Positions 10,850 to 21,926 of a stretch of 64,000 nt of DNA are shown piece by piece; position 1 is the stretch's first letter, and each line of letters starts with the position of its first letter. The stretch lies in IMG/VR virus record IMGVR_UViG_3300024272_002379, one strand, 5' to 3'. The notes below the pieces were generated by a model. It was given only the letters and a program-made list of their open reading frames with translations. It had not been told where the DNA came from and did not search any database. This DNA is from a virus (taxonomy: Duplodnaviria > Caudoviricetes). Made by a program: the position numbers and the translations under genes.

Positions 10850-11839
10850 TTATTTAATTTTTATAAACTGGTCAAATGGAACAAGTTTAATAAGCTTAAC
10901 ATTGTTGATGCCAATCATGTCTACTAGTGTTTTTGCTCTCTCAAGAGCTGCTTCTAAAGAACCATATGTTGAATTTACAAACCATGGACTTAATTGGATT
11001 CTCTTATATGTGTCCTTAATTAAATACGGTGCTTCAGTAGCTTCTTCATAATGACCAGGAATAAGTGTAGTTTTAAGCTGTGCTCTAGTAATGGTAACTC
11101 TACTGTATAAGTTCTGAGCTGTTGGTTGTCCATATACAGAAGCACTTCCATAACCTAAGTGTGTAGTCATTGCATTACCTTCAATAGCTATAGGTCCGTT
11201 GTAGTATGGTTGTGTGTCACCCCATTTATTAATGACAAGACGTACAGTGTTAGATGCAGCTACATGCTCTTCGTACCCTGTAGTATTTAATGCAAACATT
11301 GTTGCCTCGGTAATCATTTTTTCCATTTTGGCTCTAGTATAATATGGATTTTCTCGTGTTCCGCTATCGGCTTCGCTATTATCACTGGTAACGCCTATAA
11401 GCGATGGACAGTATTTTTCCATAACTGATTGTGTACAAACTACAACTCCTCCGTCTTCAGGAGTTGTTGCTCCAAGAGTTGTAAACTCTTTAGTAAAATC
11501 TCCTTGATTACCAATTCTGTCACGAATACCACTCCAGTCTCGTACTACGTAACCAACCTGTTCATTTATCCAATTCTGATGGTTGATTTTCTGTGTACCA
11601 TTATAAGCAAAAAGCATATTGGTTTTCGGATTATCTGAGCTATTCCCAAAAGTAATCATTTCCTGCTGTTCTCTCATTGCATCTGCTTTTACTGCAAGGT
11701 CAGTAGAAAATATCTTATGATTTGGGTCAGTATAAAATTCACAAACTTTCTGGTATTCGTTACTCATATCGTTTGTGATAGGTGTATTAGTAGATTCGTT
11801 GATGTATCTATAAAGCACCTGATATTTTGTTGCTGCCAT
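10850..11839 (-). CDS. hypothetical virion protein, paralog of 10157..10837
   Basis: shared N-terminal, central and C-terminal blocks. Confidence 0.6.
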   Translation of the reverse strand: MAATKYQVLYRYINESTNTPITNDMSNEYQKVCEFYTDPNHKIFSTDLAVKADAMREQQEMITFGNSSDNPKTNMLFAYNGTQKINHQNWINEQVGYVVRDWSGIRDRIGNQGDFTKEFTTLGATTPEDGGVVVCTQSVMEKYCPSLIGVTSDNSEADSGTRENPYYTRAKMEKMITEATMFALNTTGYEEHVAASNTVRLVINKWGDTQPYYNGPIAIEGNAMTTHLGYGSASVYGQPTAQNLYSRVTITRAQLKTTLIPGHYEEATEAPYLIKDTYKRIQLSPWFVNSTYGSLEAALERAKTLVDMIGINNVKLIKLVPFDQFIKIK

Positions 11840-11858
11840 ATAAAAATCCTTCCTTTCT

Positions 11859-14800
11859 TTAAGTTTCCTTAATTGTTAATCGTTTACCTTTTGTTTTATT
11901 TTGATGGTGTAGTTCCCAATATTCTGCTAATTTCTTGTAAGTTTCGCTAACACCTAAGTTACCTTTTTTAATGATATCGTATACTTCTTGCCTATTGTCG
12001 TGCAAGTTGGCAAACGCTATCATTTTTTTAGCCACTTCATCCAAAGGCTTGTTTCCAGCTTTTAACGTTGGGTCAAATTCTATAGATAGATTTTTAAAAG
12101 TACCATTTGGAACTTTAATATTACCGATATAAAATGTTCCGTTTAGATTATGAGATGCAGTTTTTTCTATTTTAACTATATTAACGTCTCCTGTATACGG
12201 TAGTGGGTAAGTTAAATTTAATGCTGACCTTGAAACTGTATCTACCAGAACATTGTTTATATATATATTAACCGAACCAATGGTATTTGACAATGAAAAT
12301 GTAAATGTAGTGTTCTTTCTGTTGTCGATTTCAAATGTTACATAGGCATCTTGTGTTCCTATGTACGCTGGATTGTTTCGAATAACACCTAACGAGGCAT
12401 CGACATACATACTGTGATTGGTTAACAAGTCATTTGGAATCAGACAAGTACCTGTCGTAAGCTTTGATTCTAAAGTTCCATATTCATAAGATACTATGTA
12501 TTGAGAATTTCTAATGATACTTGTTTCACTGTACCATCTTATCTGTCTAAATACTCTCAATGCCTGCTCTAATTGGTCAACTGGGAAATACTCCATAATC
12601 CATACATATATATAATCCAGCATTTGCTTAACAGATTGAACCATCGTCATTGTTCCGAATTCAAATATTTTGCTTTGCCATATCCTGTAATACTTTAAGA
12701 ATATCGTATGCATAATACTTGTTTCAACGTCTATATATTCAATACCTATTTTGTCATAGTCTGGAGTTGGATGTTTAATTGGGTATTTGGCTATAAACGT
12801 TGTTTCGTCTATTTTTTTAACAGGGTTTTTTGGTCTCATCTGCTCCTTATCAAATATGATATTTTCAAAATCCTCATATCTTGTATCGTTCTCTGGTAAC
12901 AATAATTCATCAATACCATACCTTACGCCATCAAATGGGTCTGGGTCTTCGTACACCCATACCCAATTACCAAAATCATTTGGTAGGATATTTAATTCCT
13001 TAGATATTTGATGAGCTCCTGCTATTTGTTTAAATAACTCAGATTCTGAAATAAACTTATTTCCAAATATTTCATGGTCATAAAAACCTTTTAATTCTTT
13101 TTTTGCTGTTGCTCCAATACAATCCAGCATATGGATATTTCGTTTATCTCTGTAACCTTGAAGCTGTGTTTGAATTTGCATGTCTATTTCTTTACCGTCG
13201 CCCCAAGTAAATCCATAATCATAGTAACACATTTGACTTAATTTATCTACAAATAATGAATCTTGTGTATTTATTTTATAGCTTACTTTCGATGCTCCCA
13301 AAAATTCTTTTGTAAAGGTATCTTTAGCTTTTTTAAATACATTTGAACCTTCGTCTATAAAGACGTTATTTGCCTTTCTGAAGGCTTTTATTCCTTGGGT
13401 AAGCCACATACCATCTATTGTTCTATCTGCCCAAATTACAGCCTTTAAATCGCTCAGGTGACGTGCTTTTACTTGAGCCATTATGTCTTTACTAATTATA
13501 AGGTATAATTTTGTTCTTGTTATCTGTAAATTCTTATACTCAAGGTAAAGATTGTGCTCTTTTCTGTCACACATTAAACCTAACTCTAACTGCATTTTTC
13601 CAGACAGTACAGAAGCAAATATAGATTCAGATAAAAATCCTTTACCAATTGTTTTCTGGACCATAACATTGATGTTGTCTATATAGGCTTGGTTTTTTAC
13701 TTTAGACACTGGTATCATTAATCCACCAAAACCATGATGAAGTGCATTTACGTAATTAGCAGGAATATCATTTCTAATAACAGAATCAAAGTCAATATAG
13801 TCCATACTTACAATCTTTTTAATTAAGCTTTGACCATTTTCAAAGATTCCTGCAAAATAGTTTTCCTTGCTTGCCAATATATCTTTTATAAAGTGATTAA
13901 TGTTATGAATACCTTTTTCTAGCCATGGTGTTCCAAAAAAATACCATTCCATTCCTGTGTATGGAAGTCTATATGCAAAATCCTGATTATAATTAATCGA
14001 AGAGCCTTTTTTTATCTTCCACACAAAATCAGGTTTTTGAATGATACTAAATCGACTTGAATCTTTTAAGTATCCAGGCAGATGACTTTCCAATACAAAA
14101 GAACTAGATTCTTTTTTATAGCCAGGTAAATGGCTTTCTAACTCAAAAGAGATTCTGTCTTTTCTGTATCCTGTGGCATCATCTTTGATTTCAAAATCTA
14201 CACCATCTTTATACATAAAAACATGTTCGCCATATCTATCCTGAAGTCGTACAGGATATGACTCTCTTTCGATAAAGTATGTGGTATATAGAATTTTAAA
14301 CCATTTTCTACATTTATCTAGTCGTTCGTATTTATTATTGATAGATGTTTGTTTTTGCCCCTTATCTAATGTCTCGTGTACATTATCAATAAAAGCTGAT
14401 TTATGATTTTTCTGCAAAAAAGTTCCAGACTGAGTTACTGTATCTATTGCATCTAAATCTAATGTAACGCCAGTACTTTGATAACAAGATTTAATATTTT
14501 TATCTGTCCAGAAATATTCCCACTCTGTATCTCCGATTGTTTCCATGTCCAAGAATATAGAAATGCCATCAATGGCAAGCGTTTGCTTTGTATCTTTTTC
14601 TACAAATATATCAAATATTTCAAGGTCAAGTCCGCATAATAACCCGTGTTTACGCTGAAGAAAATACTGTTTTTCAAAGAATGTTCTTTTTGGCAACAAA
14701 TCCATTGTAATATGATTATTAAATCTGCTTGTTTCCTTACCATACTTATGACCAAACATGTGACTACTTACACAACAAGCTTGTTGATAAAGACGTTTTA

Positions 14801-15743
14801 CTTGTATTGATGACAAATAATTAGCTACTAGTTCACTTCTTGTTGATTGAACTATACCCTGTACTGCAATAAATATATCCTTGCTTCGTTCTAGGGATAC
14901 ACTAGAATCAGTTACTAAGTGTTTATCTATATTTTTTCCAGAAACAGTGCTTGTAATGTTTGTTTTAAATTCATTTTTGGATTTGGCTCCATAAGTAATT
15001 AATTGATTTAACGACAGTTTTCTTTTTGGTTTTGATGTAATCTGTTCCATGATATTCACATGGTTAACACTTTCTGGAGCTAATTCGTATAATTCTTGAA
15101 TATACAATTCTAAAACCAAAGAGCTGATTATTGGATTCTGAAACACATTAACTATATTTGTATACGGGTTGATTGCACCATAGAAGTTATTTGCGTTTAC
15201 AATATTGTCATAGCGTTTAATGCCAAAAATGTCTTTATGTGTATTGCCACCATCATTAAATAACTTATTCCCTGAGTATGCCCAATAAGGAGCATTACCT
15301 ATATTTTCATTGGTATACACTTCGTAAAACTGAGTAGTATACATATATTTACGATTACCTATGGCATTAAAACCATTTTTATCATTTGCAGATTTAATAC
15401 TTGTAACCCCTGATAATATTTTATCTTTGTTAAGACTTTTAATTTCTGTAGACCCAGAATAATTATCAGTAGTAAACGCATTCCCGATTTCATTTGATAA
15501 TCCATTGATTGAATTGGTACATACAGTATAAATATTTCTTGCTGCGAATAAATCTCTTAAGTCAGATAGCCCAGTTGCTACCTTTGTGATAACAACTGGG
15601 CTATTGAATATGCTTGCATCAGAAAAGGCGACATATCTTTGGTAAGCAAAACCGTATTCTATTGACTCAGAGAGCCAGTACTTAAAAGCCATTTCTTGAA
15701 CAGCTTCTGTAACTGCTTGATATTTAAATGATATTTCGCCCAT
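11859..15743 (-). CDS. large putative virion protein with degenerate repeat central region
   Basis: 1294 aa; tandem 16-aa repeat F.LESHLPGY.K.SS. Confidence 0.55.
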   Translation of the reverse strand: MGEISFKYQAVTEAVQEMAFKYWLSESIEYGFAYQRYVAFSDASIFNSPVVITKVATGLSDLRDLFAARNIYTVCTNSINGLSNEIGNAFTTDNYSGSTEIKSLNKDKILSGVTSIKSANDKNGFNAIGNRKYMYTTQFYEVYTNENIGNAPYWAYSGNKLFNDGGNTHKDIFGIKRYDNIVNANNFYGAINPYTNIVNVFQNPIISSLVLELYIQELYELAPESVNHVNIMEQITSKPKRKLSLNQLITYGAKSKNEFKTNITSTVSGKNIDKHLVTDSSVSLERSKDIFIAVQGIVQSTRSELVANYLSSIQVKRLYQQACCVSSHMFGHKYGKETSRFNNHITMDLLPKRTFFEKQYFLQRKHGLLCGLDLEIFDIFVEKDTKQTLAIDGISIFLDMETIGDTEWEYFWTDKNIKSCYQSTGVTLDLDAIDTVTQSGTFLQKNHKSAFIDNVHETLDKGQKQTSINNKYERLDKCRKWFKILYTTYFIERESYPVRLQDRYGEHVFMYKDGVDFEIKDDATGYRKDRISFELESHLPGYKKESSSFVLESHLPGYLKDSSRFSIIQKPDFVWKIKKGSSINYNQDFAYRLPYTGMEWYFFGTPWLEKGIHNINHFIKDILASKENYFAGIFENGQSLIKKIVSMDYIDFDSVIRNDIPANYVNALHHGFGGLMIPVSKVKNQAYIDNINVMVQKTIGKGFLSESIFASVLSGKMQLELGLMCDRKEHNLYLEYKNLQITRTKLYLIISKDIMAQVKARHLSDLKAVIWADRTIDGMWLTQGIKAFRKANNVFIDEGSNVFKKAKDTFTKEFLGASKVSYKINTQDSLFVDKLSQMCYYDYGFTWGDGKEIDMQIQTQLQGYRDKRNIHMLDCIGATAKKELKGFYDHEIFGNKFISESELFKQIAGAHQISKELNILPNDFGNWVWVYEDPDPFDGVRYGIDELLLPENDTRYEDFENIIFDKEQMRPKNPVKKIDETTFIAKYPIKHPTPDYDKIGIEYIDVETSIMHTIFLKYYRIWQSKIFEFGTMTMVQSVKQMLDYIYVWIMEYFPVDQLEQALRVFRQIRWYSETSIIRNSQYIVSYEYGTLESKLTTGTCLIPNDLLTNHSMYVDASLGVIRNNPAYIGTQDAYVTFEIDNRKNTTFTFSLSNTIGSVNIYINNVLVDTVSRSALNLTYPLPYTGDVNIVKIEKTASHNLNGTFYIGNIKVPNGTFKNLSIEFDPTLKAGNKPLDEVAKKMIAFANLHDNRQEVYDIIKKGNLGVSETYKKLAEYWELHHQNKTKGKRLTIKET

Positions 15744-15769
15744 ATCAAATACTCCTTACTTGTAGATTA

Positions 15770-17206
15770 TTATGGTGATGGAGTTACAGGTGTTGTAACA
15801 ATTCCTGATGTATCAATAATGAATTGTGAATATCTTGAATTCATTAATGGGCTACCGCCAGGAGTGATACCATTTGCAGAGTATCCAGCAACAGAAATCT
15901 TAGCTCCACAAGCAAATTTCTTCTTAGAAGAGTCTGCATCTTTAATAGCATCATAGTCGATTACGAGTTTCATGTAAGTATCACCATCAGCATTCTGGAA
16001 TCCGCCACCAAATGCAGTTGTCAATAATGATGTATCTGCATAATTGGTTGAACCGTTAAACTCTAATACCTCATTTGTGATAGCTACGCCGATAATATCG
16101 CCAGCCCCAAGTCTAAGTTCTGTAGATTGGAATGTTTCACTACCTCTGTTACCATATGCTTTAAGTGTATATGTACCACCAGTTGATGGAGCAACAAGAG
16201 TTTCGAATGAAGCATCTGCTGTTGTTTTATATGGAACTTTAACTCCATCTTCTTTAAATACTGTAAGATTAGCAAGTACAACTTCCATAACTTCTTCATT
16301 TGTAAGATACTTACTGATAGTTGAACATGCAAATACGATATTCTTAGAAGCTGCTCCAAGTTTAAGCTTAGCTGTCAATGTTAAGCCGCCAATACGTACA
16401 CGGTTCTGTAATGAGTTAGAGCTACTACCGATAACTTTAACTGATGTACCGTAAATACTATCAACCATCTTACATGCATCTTTGTAGCTGCATCTGTTAA
16501 CTGCACCTGTACTTTCATTAATACGAGGTTCGCTATAAATACCACTAGCAGAAGCAAGTGTAAGTGTATTGTCGATTACAGACCATTCGATATCAACAGG
16601 TTCAACAGACATTGTATCAACTTCCTTAGTTGCAATCAATGTTAATGGACTAGAGATATTGTTATGACCTGACCATTCAGAACCTTGCTGGTAAGAATCG
16701 TTTGCTCCTCTAATAGAAGCCCATAAAGCTGCTTGAGTAAATGTTGTATCGCTTAATACTTCTTGTGCTGTAATAGATTTTACAGTTGCTGCAATTCTTG
16801 ATGTTAAGCTTGCTTCATTTTTTGAAACAGTAATTTCAACATAACCTGCTGCATTTCCTTCGCCATATTTTGGTCTATTAGTGATTTTACCATCTTCTCC
16901 AAGGTAATCACTTAACAATGGTGCAACTATGTCAATGATACGATATGTAATTGTAGTACCATTAATACCGTTATATGAGAAGATAACATCATTTGTAAGA
17001 CCATTCATGTCTTGAGCTGTATTTATCTTATTTACGGCAGTTGCATGGTCAATTACACAACATGAAAAATCATCAAGAGCATTAGCTTTTACTTTTACCT
17101 TAAAGATTTTCTTGGCAGATTTGGTTTTGTTTTTAGTAACCACTTTTGCCATTAAGCTTACACCTGTATCTTTTTCTTTTCTAGTAACTAATCCGATAAA
17201 AGACAT
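15770..17206 (-). CDS. putative virion structural protein
   Basis: 478 aa Ser/Thr/Ala-rich; AAGGAGG SD; late-module context. Confidence 0.55.
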   Translation of the reverse strand: MSFIGLVTRKEKDTGVSLMAKVVTKNKTKSAKKIFKVKVKANALDDFSCCVIDHATAVNKINTAQDMNGLTNDVIFSYNGINGTTITYRIIDIVAPLLSDYLGEDGKITNRPKYGEGNAAGYVEITVSKNEASLTSRIAATVKSITAQEVLSDTTFTQAALWASIRGANDSYQQGSEWSGHNNISSPLTLIATKEVDTMSVEPVDIEWSVIDNTLTLASASGIYSEPRINESTGAVNRCSYKDACKMVDSIYGTSVKVIGSSSNSLQNRVRIGGLTLTAKLKLGAASKNIVFACSTISKYLTNEEVMEVVLANLTVFKEDGVKVPYKTTADASFETLVAPSTGGTYTLKAYGNRGSETFQSTELRLGAGDIIGVAITNEVLEFNGSTNYADTSLLTTAFGGGFQNADGDTYMKLVIDYDAIKDADSSKKKFACGAKISVAGYSANGITPGGSPLMNSRYSQFIIDTSGIVTTPVTPSP

Positions 17207-17226
17207 AATTCTCCTCCTTTATTATT

Positions 17227-17249
17227 ACCCCAGGCCTAAAGCCTGGGGT
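17227..17249. terminator. intergenic hairpin (terminator or stabiliser)
   Basis: ACCCCAGGC-CTAAA-GCCTGGGGT; T-rich tail is on the plus strand. Confidence 0.45.
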
Positions 17250-17255
17250 TTATTT

Positions 17256-20200
17256 TTATATAACTACTGGCTCAAATGTAACCTTAATTTGTGAATTAAC
17301 AGTTACATTATCAAGTTTAATTCCCTGATAATTTACACCAGCTATATCAATTGTTTCAAATGATGTAATGACTTCCATAACAGCATTTGTGTCTGCGTTA
17401 ACAACTGTTACTCCTTTAATTGCATAACCATCAGCAGGAATCAAAGGAAGTGTAAATGTTCCATCGTATTCAACATTTGTACTAACTGATGTCACTACTT
17501 GATTGTTATATAACATAGTACCTTTACCACCTTCAATGTAAGTATTGATATAGCAAGGATACTGCAACAACCAGTTGTCATCATTTGATGAATCCTTAAG
17601 AGGAGTGCAAGAGAATTTTGTAATGATAAATTTCTGTACTCCATTTGTATCCATTTCTTCTTTTACAGAATATAATACAAGGTACTTATCTGGAGCTGCA
17701 TCTGTTAACATGATGTCTCCACTTGGAATACTGTCGCCAATTTCACCAGTAAAAGGTACGCCATTAATGTTATACTCAAATGCTTCATTATCTACTGTAC
17801 CGTCATGTAAAACAACTTTAATTTGAGCACCTTCACCAAATGAATTAATTGGATTAGCTGAAATACCATAGAAAACTTTTTCGTCAGTATTAGGGTCAAA
17901 TCCTGCAATACCAACATAAGCTTTTGTACTATCTGCTTTAATTGTACCTTGAGAAAGAGTAACGCCAATTGTTGGAAGAATTGGATTATTTAAGTCACCC
18001 TGATACTCGCTTGTATTGATAACTGCAAGCTGAACAGGTACATAATCAGATGGAGTTGATTCATCACCAATCCAAGCTGTATCTGGAAGAACTTTCCAGT
18101 AAACACTACATCCGTTACTTGTTGTATCTCTTGGAATAATATCTTTATCCACAGGCCACCAAGCTTCTTCTGCAAGTTTTCCAAGCTCATCTATAGCAAT
18201 CTTAAGAACTTTGTCTTCATCAGCATATTCAGGCTCAACTTCCTGCTTCTTAATTGCAAGACCATATCTTGCATTAGGAGAGTCGCTAAGCGGTGAATAA
18301 GGAGCTGTAATTGGGAAGTATACGAATGTTTCTTCGTATTCGTCTGGTTCCTTTTCGAAATCCTTGTTGATTACTAATTCATCAAGAGCATATAAGCTTG
18401 AGCTGTCAATAACAAGTAAATCACTTAATGTTCCACGAGGACCATCGTTACCATGAGTAACTTTGATACGGTCTGCATAGTATTCGCCTGTATAGCTTGA
18501 TTTACCATACATAACCTTACTCATATACTCTTCTGTTGTTGCGAACATCATGTGATGTTTCTGATAGTAAGCTTTTGAGCGTGTATGATACATCATGATA
18601 GATGTAACACCATCTGATGTATTGTTACCGTAATCTCTGATTTTATCTACATCAATTACATTGCCGAATACATCTCTTGAAACGCCGCTATTGATAACAA
18701 ATTTTTCCTGATAATATCCGAAGCTTATAAAGATTGTATAAGTTTCGTCATATACATGACTTGGGTCAACAGTTAACTGTAAGATATCTGCTTTGCCATT
18801 TGTCATAACAAAGTTTCTCTTGTATGCTGTAACCACTCCAGTAACTGGTTTACCAGATGGGTCAACGATAACATATTTAGGCCAGTTCTCTCTGTTGAAG
18901 TAATTGTTTTCAGCTAACTGTACATAGTATGCACTACTATTTGTACATGGGCTGCTCCAAGGACATGAATCAATGAATTTCTGGAATTCATCTGCATCAT
19001 AAGTACCATCAGTAGCTTCTCTTTCTGTCATTGCGTAATTTGACATTGCATAGTTCACTTTTTCTGTTACTAATGTTGTATTACAAGGTTCTGTACTTGA
19101 TGAAGTAAACAGTGCAAAGTTACCTGCTGTATCGTTAATTGAGTTCTCGAATGAATCAATCTTACCACAATAACAAGCTGAAACCAAATGACGGTCTCTT
19201 TCGTAATCAAGAGAAGGATTACCCATTACAATAACAGAGAATCTGTCATTATTGGTATTAATCCAGTATCTCATTTTTGTATCAGCATTTAAACCTGCTG
19301 TTTCCAATGGAACCATTACTGTACCGTCATGGATACTTGATAAGTTTACGTCTTCGTCAATTGCGTCAATCATAACTTCTTCAAAGTCCTGATACCATGA
19401 CAACTTAGACCATGGAGAAATATGAGAATTTGTCTGAATAATTTCTCCGCTTGAATTGTAAACATTATCCATTGGGCCATTCATTTCTTCGTTAATGTTA
19501 TCAAACAATCTCATTAATACATAGTGGTTGTTTAATAAAGTAACTCTATCAGAAATAATGCTTTGACCTGATGTATCATATGTATATCTGATTACCAATA
19601 AACCGTCGATAGACGCTTCAAAAGTAACAGTATCGTCAAAGATGATACGCTTATTATCTACATGATACAATGCTGTATCTAATGGAATATAAATACCATC
19701 TAAGTAGAATTCAGGATTCAACCCTTCTGCTGGTACGTGCTGTACAACAAATTCACTACCTCTTGGAATAGTGTAAGTTGTTAACTTCTTAAGACCCTGG
19801 AAGATTACCGTATAGAGGTCTCCCTCTTTTGTAATCTCAATAGTAAGAGAATTTAGTAATGAATATTCTTTAGGTTCAATACCTTCTCCACCATCAAGAG
19901 TTCTAAGAATTAAATCGTATAAATCAGCATCGTCCTGTTTAATCTTTGTAAGGTAAGCAGCATTAACTACGATAGATGTTGAATTACCATCTGTAGATGG
20001 AACAGTGAATGATGTGCTACCATAAATGTTATTAAGTTTGCTTACGTAAGCATCGCAAACAGTAAATGTCATTTCGGTAGAACCAATAGTTGTATCGTCT
20101 TTCTTATCAACGCTACAAATAGAAGATGTATAGATATACTCTTCTGTTGCATGACGAGTTCTTAACGATTCTTCATAAAGCTCTTTTGTGATTACTTTAG

Positions 20201-20669
20201 GTGTAATACCTTTTCTCTCACAATCAAGAGGATAGCTTTCTGGGTTTGCAATGTAAGTAGGTTTGTAAATCTCTAAGTACATTGTCAAAGATGATTTGTT
20301 TTGGTCGCTATCAACTGTTAAATCGTCAATTTCTTCCTCAGCCAACTCTTTTGGAGTTGTGGTAGTTTTTAAGATAACTGTGTCTGAAATCTTATTAACC
20401 TGATTGAGAATCTTTCTTTCGTATTCTTCTGTTGTTAAGTTTTCAAGGTCAAGTCCCAATGATACATCTGGTATAGGATATACGATATCCCAGTTCTTTG
20501 ATTTAAGAATAAAAGGTTCTTCAATGATTTTACCATCCGTATCTCTAACTGGTTGTGACTTTACACCTAATGCTAATACTTTTGCTATTTCCTTTGGAAA
20601 GTCAGCAGAAGAACATAAGCCTTCATAGTATTTGAATACTCTGTATTCTCCACTAGCATTTGCAGCCAT
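17256..20669 (-). CDS. large virion structural protein
   Basis: 1137 aa, acidic, AAGGAGGT SD, preceded by GTATATTATA motif; context. Confidence 0.6.
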   Translation of the reverse strand: MAANASGEYRVFKYYEGLCSSADFPKEIAKVLALGVKSQPVRDTDGKIIEEPFILKSKNWDIVYPIPDVSLGLDLENLTTEEYERKILNQVNKISDTVILKTTTTPKELAEEEIDDLTVDSDQNKSSLTMYLEIYKPTYIANPESYPLDCERKGITPKVITKELYEESLRTRHATEEYIYTSSICSVDKKDDTTIGSTEMTFTVCDAYVSKLNNIYGSTSFTVPSTDGNSTSIVVNAAYLTKIKQDDADLYDLILRTLDGGEGIEPKEYSLLNSLTIEITKEGDLYTVIFQGLKKLTTYTIPRGSEFVVQHVPAEGLNPEFYLDGIYIPLDTALYHVDNKRIIFDDTVTFEASIDGLLVIRYTYDTSGQSIISDRVTLLNNHYVLMRLFDNINEEMNGPMDNVYNSSGEIIQTNSHISPWSKLSWYQDFEEVMIDAIDEDVNLSSIHDGTVMVPLETAGLNADTKMRYWINTNNDRFSVIVMGNPSLDYERDRHLVSACYCGKIDSFENSINDTAGNFALFTSSSTEPCNTTLVTEKVNYAMSNYAMTEREATDGTYDADEFQKFIDSCPWSSPCTNSSAYYVQLAENNYFNRENWPKYVIVDPSGKPVTGVVTAYKRNFVMTNGKADILQLTVDPSHVYDETYTIFISFGYYQEKFVINSGVSRDVFGNVIDVDKIRDYGNNTSDGVTSIMMYHTRSKAYYQKHHMMFATTEEYMSKVMYGKSSYTGEYYADRIKVTHGNDGPRGTLSDLLVIDSSSLYALDELVINKDFEKEPDEYEETFVYFPITAPYSPLSDSPNARYGLAIKKQEVEPEYADEDKVLKIAIDELGKLAEEAWWPVDKDIIPRDTTSNGCSVYWKVLPDTAWIGDESTPSDYVPVQLAVINTSEYQGDLNNPILPTIGVTLSQGTIKADSTKAYVGIAGFDPNTDEKVFYGISANPINSFGEGAQIKVVLHDGTVDNEAFEYNINGVPFTGEIGDSIPSGDIMLTDAAPDKYLVLYSVKEEMDTNGVQKFIITKFSCTPLKDSSNDDNWLLQYPCYINTYIEGGKGTMLYNNQVVTSVSTNVEYDGTFTLPLIPADGYAIKGVTVVNADTNAVMEVITSFETIDIAGVNYQGIKLDNVTVNSQIKVTFEPVVI

Positions 20670-20725
20670 ATTTGTTACCTCCTTTTAGAATGTCTTAATA
20701 TATAATATACCAGTAAGATGAATGA

Positions 20726-21247
20726 TTATGAGCCCAAAATGGCGTCCATTTCTACACTCGTTATTTCGCCTGTTGGTTCTGATACAGCAAAAGTATCTAT
20801 TAAATCAACAGTTATTCGTTCCTCTTTAACTGGATTTCTTAGCGTTCTTACGCCAAGCCATACTTTCTTGGCAGTGCCACTAATGTTAACGAATTTAAGC
20901 TTAATATTTGAAGTAGGTGGAAGTTCATACACATATGTAGATGTACCTACATATAAGCCTTCTTTTACTTCCGTAGGAAACCAAGTATCAAACCATAATT
21001 CGTCATTTACGTATAAATTATAATAGTCGTTTTCTCCGTACCCACTACATGTAACAACTAATGACAATAATTCCATCTTTTCGTCTGGACTTGTATAATC
21101 TAAGTCATACACGCCAGCTATGGCTGGAATATTAATCATTTTCATTTTATTGTAAGGTTGGCTAAGCTGAGCGAAGTTCTTGATTTTCTGAACGTACTTG
21201 ACTTTATCAAGTTCTCCGCCAGCTACATATACAACTTGGAATCCCAT
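20726..21247 (-). CDS. hypothetical structural protein
   Basis: 173-aa ORF with SD in late operon. Confidence 0.55.
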   Translation of the reverse strand: MGFQVVYVAGGELDKVKYVQKIKNFAQLSQPYNKMKMINIPAIAGVYDLDYTSPDEKMELLSLVVTCSGYGENDYYNLYVNDELWFDTWFPTEVKEGLYVGTSTYVYELPPTSNIKLKFVNISGTAKKVWLGVRTLRNPVKEERITVDLIDTFAVSEPTGEITSVEMDAILGS

Positions 21248-21257
21248 ACTGTCACCT

Positions 21258-21926
21258 CTATCCTATACTTTGAACATAAGGCACATTATTATTAAACAAA
21301 TCAGGGTCCCCAATAAACTGATAATCATGAATGTCTTCAATGGGCAATACAACAGTATACTCGGTGTCTTCTGTTGTAATTAAAATATCATCATAGCTTA
21401 TACCAGAAATTTCATTCTGTGTTAAGCCTTCGAAATGAGCTTTGATATATCCAATATTGCTTTCTGGAATAACGTCACTAATTTCGTTGGCGTCTCGTAT
21501 ATCATAACTTACACACTCTACATATAAGTCATTAACCAATACCTTAATTACAAATCTCTTTGTTAGTTCGCCATCGCTATTAGGAACAAGTAAATTTACA
21601 ATATCCTGAGCTGTTAACCATTTATCATTTGCTTCGCTTTTAAGTGTAATATAAATATCACCAGGCTCCGCATCACTAACAACGGTGTTCATTTTATAAG
21701 TGATAAGCTCTGATATGATGTATTTGGATGATTTCAGTGAATTTATAACATTGTCTAACATGTTATTTATGAGCATTTTTGTATTTTTTGAAACGCCTTG
21801 AGTGAGTAAATACTCTTTGAAATCCCCTACAGATACCTGTTTTGTGTCTTCTCCGTCCTGTATAACCAAAATATCAGTATCTTGTATTTCAAGTGACGTT
21901 TTGGTTGTCATGTTATTAATTTTCAC
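21258..21926 (-). CDS. hypothetical structural protein
   Basis: 222 aa; N-terminal KINNM...QDTDILVIQDGEDTKQVSV resembles fibre-attachment motif. Confidence 0.5.
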   Translation of the reverse strand: MKINNMTTKTSLEIQDTDILVIQDGEDTKQVSVGDFKEYLLTQGVSKNTKMLINNMLDNVINSLKSSKYIISELITYKMNTVVSDAEPGDIYITLKSEANDKWLTAQDIVNLLVPNSDGELTKRFVIKVLVNDLYVECVSYDIRDANEISDVIPESNIGYIKAHFEGLTQNEISGISYDDILITTEDTEYTVVLPIEDIHDYQFIGDPDLFNNNVPYVQSIG

